From a virus, in IMG/VR virus record IMGVR_UViG_3300021197_001433, positions 5,384-69,383 of that record: 64,000 nt of DNA; one strand, given 5' to 3'. The notes beneath the pieces are model-generated. The model worked only from the letters and a program-made list of their open reading frames with translations, was not told where the DNA came from and did not search any database. Shown in pieces: positions 59,681-64,000 of the stretch; positions within the stretch are counted from its first letter, which is position 1; every line of letters starts with the position of its first letter. The position numbers were made by a program, and so were the translations under genes.

Positions 59681-61414
59681 ATGAGTTGGAAAAAACATTT
59701 CACTGTTGTAAAAGACGCAAGTCCACTTACAAACACACAGGGCGGATCTGACGGTACAAAGTACAGTCACTATAGTAGCCACTTGCCTGAGGTATATTCA
59801 GGACATCCAAATCGTACAGAACGCTATGGTCAGTACGAAACCATGGATATTGACAGTGAGATTAATGCTGCACTGGATATTCTTGCGGAGTTTTGTACAC
59901 AAACAAACACTGAGAATGGCACAGGATTTGATATTCACTTCTATGACACTCCTACTGAGAGTGAAGTTGAAATTATCAAACAGCAACTTATTAACTGGAA
60001 CAACCTTAACGACTTTGACAAAAGATTGTTTAAAATTTTCCGTAACACACTAAAGTACGGAGATCAAGTATTCATCAGAGATCCAGAAACCTTTGAATGG
60101 TACTGGGTAGAAATGAACAAAGTAACAAAGATTATTGTTAATGAAAGCGAAGGCAAAAAGCCTGAGCAGTATGTAATCAAAGACATTAATCCAAACTTTG
60201 AAAATTTGACAGCAACAGCCAATACATACAGTGATCACGGCAATCAGGGTGACCTTTACAAGAACAGAGGCTACATTCAGCCTAGTAACTTGTATGATGG
60301 CAGTGGCGGCACAAGTGCGCAAGGACGTTTTGATCGTGCGCTAAACGAAAAAGCCATAGAAGCAGAACATATTGTACACAACAGTCTCACAGAAGGACTG
60401 GATCCTAACTGGCCCTTTGGTAATAGCATACTAGAACAAGTGTTTAAAGTATACAAGCAAAAAGAACTGCTTGAAGATGCAATTATCATTTACCGTATTC
60501 AACGTGCGCCAGAGCGCAGAGTATTCTATATTGATGTAGGCAACATGCCTAGTCATATGGCTATGAGCTTTGTTGAGCGTGTTAAAAACGAAATACACCA
60601 AAGACGTATACCTAGTAAAACAGGTGGCGGTGTTAACATCATGGATACAACATACAATCCACTTAGTACAAACGAAGATTACTTCTTTCCACAAACAGCA
60701 GAAGGCAGAGGCAGTAAAGTTGATACACTGCCAGGCGGTACTAATCTAGGTGAGATTGATGATCTAAAATTCTTTACTAACAAACTATTCCGTGGCTTGC
60801 GTATTCCTAGTAGTTACTTGCCAACTGGATTTGAAGACAGCCCAAGTTCATACAATGACGGTCGTGTTGGTACAGCGATGATACAAGAGAAACGCTTTAA
60901 TGAATATTGTATGAGACTACAAAGACTAGTAGCAGCAACATTTGATAGAGAGTTTAAAATGTTCCTCAAGTGGCGTGGTGTCGAAATTGACAACAGTACA
61001 TTTGATTTGCGTTTTAATGAGCCACAAAACTTTAGTAGTTACCGTGAAACTGAAATGGATCAGGCACGGATCAACACGTTCCAAGCACTGGAAGGTTATC
61101 CTTATATGAGCAAACGTTTTCTTATGGGACGTTACTTGGGTATGACTGAGGAAGAGATGCTTGAGAATAGTAAACTATGGCGTGAAGAGAATCAGGACAT
61201 AAGCGTAGAAAGTGAACTGCCTAGTATGCGCAGTGTTGGTGTAACCAGTGGTGGTATACAAGCAGACATAGATGCATTTGAGCCACAAGCAGAGCCAGCA
61301 GCCGACGCAGATCCAGCCGCAGGTGGCGGTGAAGAAGGCGGTGCAGGTGAAGCAGGCGCAACTGGTGATGCAAGCCCAGTCGGAAGTACAACACCAGCAG
61401 ATACTGACACATAA
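59681..61414 (+). CDS. gp20: Portal vertex protein gp20
   Basis: YETMDIDSEINAALD, LLEDAIIIYRIQRAPERRVFYIDVGNMP, EDYFFP..GRGSKVDTLPGG. Confidence 0.95.
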   Translation: MSWKKHFTVVKDASPLTNTQGGSDGTKYSHYSSHLPEVYSGHPNRTERYGQYETMDIDSEINAALDILAEFCTQTNTENGTGFDIHFYDTPTESEVEIIKQQLINWNNLNDFDKRLFKIFRNTLKYGDQVFIRDPETFEWYWVEMNKVTKIIVNESEGKKPEQYVIKDINPNFENLTATANTYSDHGNQGDLYKNRGYIQPSNLYDGSGGTSAQGRFDRALNEKAIEAEHIVHNSLTEGLDPNWPFGNSILEQVFKVYKQKELLEDAIIIYRIQRAPERRVFYIDVGNMPSHMAMSFVERVKNEIHQRRIPSKTGGGVNIMDTTYNPLSTNEDYFFPQTAEGRGSKVDTLPGGTNLGEIDDLKFFTNKLFRGLRIPSSYLPTGFEDSPSSYNDGRVGTAMIQEKRFNEYCMRLQRLVAATFDREFKMFLKWRGVEIDNSTFDLRFNEPQNFSSYRETEMDQARINTFQALEGYPYMSKRFLMGRYLGMTEEEMLENSKLWREENQDISVESELPSMRSVGVTSGGIQADIDAFEPQAEPAADADPAAGGGEEGGAGEAGATGDASPVGSTTPADTDT

Positions 61415-61421
61415 GTAAAAT

Positions 61422-62402
61422 ATGACAGTAAAATTCGAGAATATCCTAGCGGCAGCAAACCGCATACATCCTTACATATTCAAAACACCACTGCTAGAAT
61501 CTCCTAGTTTAAATAATAAACTTGGGAAGCGATTGCTAGTCAAGGCTGAATGTTTGCAATACACTGGATCTTTTAAGATGCGTGGTGCAGCAAATGCAGT
61601 CTATAGTTTAGATGATAGCGTAAAACATATTGTTGCTTTCAGTAGTGGCAGTCATGCACTTGGCAGTGCTAGAGCCGCTGCACTAAGAGGGCTTCGTGCT
61701 ACAATTGTTATGCCCAAGGATGCACCTCCCAATAAAATGGAAATTGCCAAAAGTTTAGGTGCAGAGATAGTAACATACACACGCTTCGAGGAATCGCGTG
61801 AACAAATAGGTGCTGAACTAGCAGAAAAATATAACGCAGAACTTATACCCAGTTTTGATGATCCAAGAATAATTGCTGGACAAGGCACTGTTGGATTAGA
61901 AATAGCACAGCAAGCAATGGAAAAAGGTGTTAAGCCTGACGCAGTTATAGCCTGTGTTGGCGGAGGCGGTCTTTGTAGTGGACTAGGCATAGCAGTGCAT
62001 GCAATGATGCCCGATGTAAAAATTTGGTGTGCAGAACCTGAATTTTATGATGATACTAAACGTAGTATTGAATCAGGTAAAATTGAAACTGTGGCAGATA
62101 CTAGCGTACATACAATTTGTGATGCTGTTGTTAATCGTCAACCTGGCAATCTTACTTTTCCTATTATGAAACAACATTTGTCAGGCGGTGCAGTAATTAG
62201 TGAACAAGACACACTTAGAACTATAAAAACACTGTTTGAATATTTTAAAATTGTTGTAGAGCCTGGTGGCGCAATAGCAGTAGCAGCCGCATTAACAGGA
62301 CAGCATCCTAGTAATGCTGAAACTATAGTTGCAGTGGCAACTGGAGGCAATATCGAACCTGCTATCTTTTCACAAGCACTAAATGTAGATCCATATTTCT
62401 AG
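61422..62402 (+). CDS. PLP-dependent threonine/serine dehydratase (serine racemase-like)
   Basis: KAECLQYTGSFKMRG (PLP Lys), GQGTVGLE, VGGGGL, VVEPGGA, TGGN; no ACT domain. Confidence 0.9.
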   Translation: MTVKFENILAAANRIHPYIFKTPLLESPSLNNKLGKRLLVKAECLQYTGSFKMRGAANAVYSLDDSVKHIVAFSSGSHALGSARAAALRGLRATIVMPKDAPPNKMEIAKSLGAEIVTYTRFEESREQIGAELAEKYNAELIPSFDDPRIIAGQGTVGLEIAQQAMEKGVKPDAVIACVGGGGLCSGLGIAVHAMMPDVKIWCAEPEFYDDTKRSIESGKIETVADTSVHTICDAVVNRQPGNLTFPIMKQHLSGGAVISEQDTLRTIKTLFEYFKIVVEPGGAIAVAAALTGQHPSNAETIVAVATGGNIEPAIFSQALNVDPYF

Positions 62403-62415
62403 GATAAATACTTTT

Positions 62416-62625
62416 ATGTTATTATTTGAATTAGATAATCCACAGGCAAAAGAAGAAAAGCAGTATCAGGATAGCACAGCGGCTATGAAAACTGATACTC
62501 GTAAGACACGTCTTACCCTAGAGCAATTAAGCAAATTGCGCAAACTTAGCGATCTTAAATCAGTCGAATATCAAGAGTCTGTAAAAGAAATTAGACGCCA
62601 GTTTGCACCTGCGCCAGCAGCATAA
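62416..62625 (+). CDS. Small head-module protein (69 aa)
   Basis: DTRKTRLTLEQLSKLRK; preceded by GATAAATA at 62403-62410. Confidence 0.65.
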   Translation: MLLFELDNPQAKEEKQYQDSTAAMKTDTRKTRLTLEQLSKLRKLSDLKSVEYQESVKEIRRQFAPAPAA

Positions 62626-62670
62626 ACCCTTAGTATATTTTTGAGTCCAAAAAGTACGCATTTTACCCTA

Positions 62671-62678
62671 TATAAATA
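62671..62678 (+). promoter_or_regulatory. T4-type late promoter TATAAATA
   Basis: Exact consensus upstream of the scaffold/protease genes. Confidence 0.75.
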
Positions 62679-62729
62679 GTTATTACTAAATAAAACTACA
62701 AATGCCTTATGAATATAGGAGTTATACAA

Positions 62730-63449
62730 ATGACAAGCAAGTATGAGCAATTGATTGAACTGTTTATCGCAGAAGATGAGCAGGGCGCAAAAGATTTGTT
62801 CCATGAGATCGTGGTTGAGAAGTCACGTGACATCTATGAGGGTCTCACAGATGAGGATCAAGTTGAAGAAACTGCAGAAGTAGACGAAGATACAGTCGAA
62901 GAAGATGAAGCAGTAGAAGAATCAGATTTTGACGAAGCAGAACTAGGTGGCGATGCTGCCGATGATATGATTGACGACATCGAAGCCGATGAAGAAGGTC
63001 TATCAATGGAAGATGAGCATGAAGGCGATGACGACATGGAAGACCGTGTTGTTGATCTAGAAGATGCATTAGACGAATTGAAAGCAGAGTTTGAAGCACT
63101 TATGGGTGCAGACGATGCTGACGACGGCGACGCAATGGACATGGAGCCAGAAATGGATATGGACATGGACATGGGCGACGAAGAAGGTGAAGAAGAAGAT
63201 GAAATGGAAGCAGTTGAATCTGAAGAAGTAGAGGAAACTGAAGAAATGGTCCGTGAATATACGGAAAAGGCTCCTGCACCTGTAACTAGCGAGCAAGGTG
63301 ATGGATCATCAGGTCCAGTGGCTGGCAAAAACGACATGGGCGGCAAAGCAGTCGATCCAACAGGCGAAGAGTCAGGCGGAGCAACACCTAAATCAACAGT
63401 ACAAACTGATGCGGCAGACACACGTGGCGCAACAATGAGTAAAGCATAA
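62730..63449 (+). CDS. Highly acidic prohead core/scaffold-like protein
   Basis: Very Asp/Glu-rich; AGGAG RBS before ATG 62730; lies between portal and protease. Confidence 0.65.
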   Translation: MTSKYEQLIELFIAEDEQGAKDLFHEIVVEKSRDIYEGLTDEDQVEETAEVDEDTVEEDEAVEESDFDEAELGGDAADDMIDDIEADEEGLSMEDEHEGDDDMEDRVVDLEDALDELKAEFEALMGADDADDGDAMDMEPEMDMDMDMGDEEGEEEDEMEAVESEEVEETEEMVREYTEKAPAPVTSEQGDGSSGPVAGKNDMGGKAVDPTGEESGGATPKSTVQTDAADTRGATMSKA

Positions 63450-63454
63450 TTTCT

Positions 63455-64000
63455 ATGTTGTACTTGAGAGAAAACCTAACGTTTAAGGATGCAAATGTTG
63501 TTTATGAAGCAACGGAAAATTCTAACGGCGGCAAGGATCTCTACATGAAAGGCATTTGTATCCAGGGCGGGGTAGAAAACGCAAACAAGCGTGTTTACCC
63601 TGTCTCTGAGATTACCAATGCTGTAACTACCATCAACGAGCAAATTAAAGAAGGCAACAGCGTTCTTGGCGAAGTTGACCATCCAGATGATCTCAAAATT
63701 AACCTTGATCGAGTATCGCATATGATTGAAAGTATGTGGATGGATGGACCTAACGGATATGGTAAATTAAAGATTCTTGAAACACCAATGGGTCAACTTG
63801 TGAAAACAATGATCAACGGTGGAGTAAAATTAGGAGTTAGTAGCCGAGGCAGTGGAAACGTAAATGAATCCAGTGGTCAAGTTGCTGATTTTGAAATTGT
63901 CACAGTTGACGTTGTGGCACAACCCAGTGCACCAAATGCATATCCAGTAGCGATTTACGAAGGACTACTTAATATGCGTGGGGGGCATAAAGTGCTTGAC
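63455..64000 (+). CDS. gp21: Prohead protease gp21 (truncated by window end; not in ORF track)
   Basis: MLYLRENL..GICIQ..NANKRVYP..LGEVDHP..VSH..GVSSRGSG..DVVAQPSAPNA. Confidence 0.92.
   Translation, partial: MLYLRENLTFKDANVVYEATENSNGGKDLYMKGICIQGGVENANKRVYPVSEITNAVTTINEQIKEGNSVLGEVDHPDDLKINLDRVSHMIESMWMDGPNGYGKLKILETPMGQLVKTMINGGVKLGVSSRGSGNVNESSGQVADFEIVTVDVVAQPSAPNAYPVAIYEGLLNMRGGHKVLD

Noticed and set aside
62845-63421. Long Ser-rich and Leu/His-rich minus-strand ORFs
   Set aside because: They mirror the acidic GAA/GAT-rich scaffold gene on +
1-64000. CRISPR arrays, tRNA genes, rRNA, IS elements and stop-codon reassignment
   Set aside because: I saw no regularly spaced repeats, cloverleafs or transposases by eye. 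Genes are intact under the standard code and TAA, TGA and TAG all act as stops.

Overview
This window is a 64 kb segment of a large T4-superfamily-like myophage genome. It has three parts. (1) About 1-21 kb is an accessory modification region. A + strand nucleotide-sugar trio (deacetylase, epimerase/dehydratase, DegT aminotransferase) converges on an ~18.4 kb minus-strand operon. That operon holds five tandem radical SAM enzymes with N-terminal Cys (twitch/SPASM-like) domains, a carbamoyltransferase, three 2OG-Fe(II) oxygenases, several glycosyltransferase-like proteins, an APS-kinase/nucleotidyltransferase pair, a ferredoxin-NADP reductase and a SufT-like Fe-S factor. (2) About 21-51 kb is a minus-strand tail fibre/baseplate module, including a 4480 aa protein and gp6-, gp25-, gp5- and gp53-like genes. 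(3) About 51-64 kb carries the gp55 late sigma factor, gp47/gp46, an unannotated Hc1-like basic protein and a GIY-YIG nuclease. The nuclease is followed by ~370 nt of densely structured non-coding sequence. Next come a gp26-like chaperone with an apparent -1 programmed frameshift, a tape-measure-like gene, portal gp20, an inserted PLP Ser/Thr dehydratase, scaffold and prohead protease gp21. The best novelty candidates are the GIY-YIG-linked structured RNA, the self-contained radical-SAM/glycan tailoring operon with its promoter-hairpin switch, and the frameshifted chaperone. All calls come from motif recognition by eye; no database searches were run.
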